Assembly (NCBI GenBank): GCA_002189035.1 | Contig: CM007991.1 | Location: forward strand, 1,364,001 to 1,428,000 | Source of the DNA: Utricularia gibba | Taxonomy: Eukaryota; Plantae; Magnoliophyta | Direction of reading: 5' to 3' | DNA length: 64,000 nt | Shown here: piece after piece, positions 62,866-64,000 of the stretch | Position numbering within the stretch: the first letter of the stretch is position 1 | Layout: every line of letters starts with the position of its first letter | Program-made: the position numbers and the translations under genes | Notes under the pieces: generated by a model | Database searches by the model: none | What the model was told of the DNA's origin: nothing | What the model saw: the letters and a program-made list of their open reading frames with translations, nothing else

Positions 62866-64000
62866 CTATTTGTGAGCAACACCTTCGATTCCAAGGGGAG
62901 ACTTGCGATTCAGGTATCGGATGACGGCATCTTCAACCCTGAATTGAAGCAAGAGAGATGTATTTTCAGTAGTGAAAACAGCAATGGGGAACTGAAGCAG
63001 TAAATCCAAGTTCAGCACCATTTGATGATGGATCATTGACTCGAAAAGACCATACCGGGAGGGCATGGTATGCAGATGGAGAACAGACAGATGTAATGCA
63101 AGGCTGATGAAATACAGGATCAAACAAGTTCAACAGATGACTGTGTGCAGATATTCTTATCGTATCAAATCTAAAGTGATGCAGAATCTACCACAGATGC
63201 ATTCACACATGTGGTCACCATTGGAAATAAAACACTGAGGCCAAAGTTCCTTTGACAAGTGTTGAATGAGAAAAGTTCAGCAAAATAGGTAACACAAAGA
63301 AACTCACCAGGGCTGGTTGTAAAATCCTGCCCTTCTCTCCTTCTCTATATCACCACTTGCATCAGCAGCAAAAAGCTTCAAATCCCTTGCTTGAGATGCT
63401 ATTAAGGCATTAATGAACTCTGCAGGTGACTGACTGAATCCAAGAAAAAAATTTCGCCTTTGATAATGCTCGCGTATTTTCTTCATAGAAGAGGAAATAG
63501 CTTCATCCATCACATCAATCTCCTGGTTTTTCTCCAAACTATCCAGGAAAGAAGACTTGCTTCCTGTGGACAAAGGGATGTCAACCAACACATCATAGCA
63601 AGTGGTCCCAGCAGGACTAGGTCCAGACAGCTTCACACGATGCTCCAAATGTATAGGCCCTGGGGAAGTGATGTGCGAGGTTATCTTTTGGTTAACCATA
63701 GAAAATTTCATTTTCTCCTCTCCAAAAACCTTCTTTAGAGGCTCATCACACATGAACCAGGAAATGTCACCCTGAATTTGCAATTTTTTCATTTTCACAT
63801 ATTTCCAAAGTGCTGCCATAATTTTTGGACGCGTTTCCAACTCAATCCCAAGGACTTCTTGTAAAGCTGGAGATAGCTTAAACTTTTCAGGCACATACTT
63901 CATCTCGAATCTAATAACTGCAGTGAACTCTTGGTCACCTTTCCTTCTTACTTCAAAACCCTCGTGCAGTACAGGGGATCGAGAACTGTCCCACAGGATC
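62866..64000 (-). CDS. SWP73B-like: SWI/SNF BAF60/SWP73 (SWIB-domain) subunit, 3' part; gene continues beyond the window
   Basis: Exon 63308-64000 ([40 protein letters not shown]) spliced to 62866-62938 (W|[12 protein letters not shown]). Confidence 0.9.

Overview
Eukaryotic plant (eudicot-like) nuclear DNA, very gene-dense: about 19 intact or near-intact spliced genes in 64 kb, with mostly 70-150 nt introns and short intergenic spacers. I reconstructed exon structures by hand from GT/GC-AG sites and family motifs. Order: HOTHEAD-like GMC oxidoreductase (+), SOC1/TM3-clade MADS-box (+), CCS52A/FZR pseudogene (-), SEC14/CRAL-TRIO (+), AHL AT-hook (+), acidic membrane-anchored protein (+), SMO1 pseudogene (+), beta-type VPE (-), PAP2 lipid phosphate phosphatase (+), small DUF761-like protein (+), AKR4C (-), PLS-E PPR (+), BUD23/RID2 (-), GRXS15 (+), OBERON4-like (-), twin-CX9C mS37-like (+), CESA3 (+), NOG1 3' remnant (+), VAMP71 (+), a 4.6-kb interval with no conventional gene, FRD3-like MATE (+), ankyrin tandem-CCCH (-), ZIFL (-), and the 3' part of BAF60/SWP73 (-). 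The most notable observations are three decayed or truncated gene remnants, a tandemly duplicated candidate 23-aa micro-ORF with a synonymous-biased substitution pattern, a duplicated decoy splice acceptor in GRXS15, three GC-AG introns, and a cluster of single-base losses at 30.7-35 kb that are probably assembly errors. No tRNA, rRNA, CRISPR array or autonomous transposon was recognised. Family assignments come from remembered motifs, not database searches.
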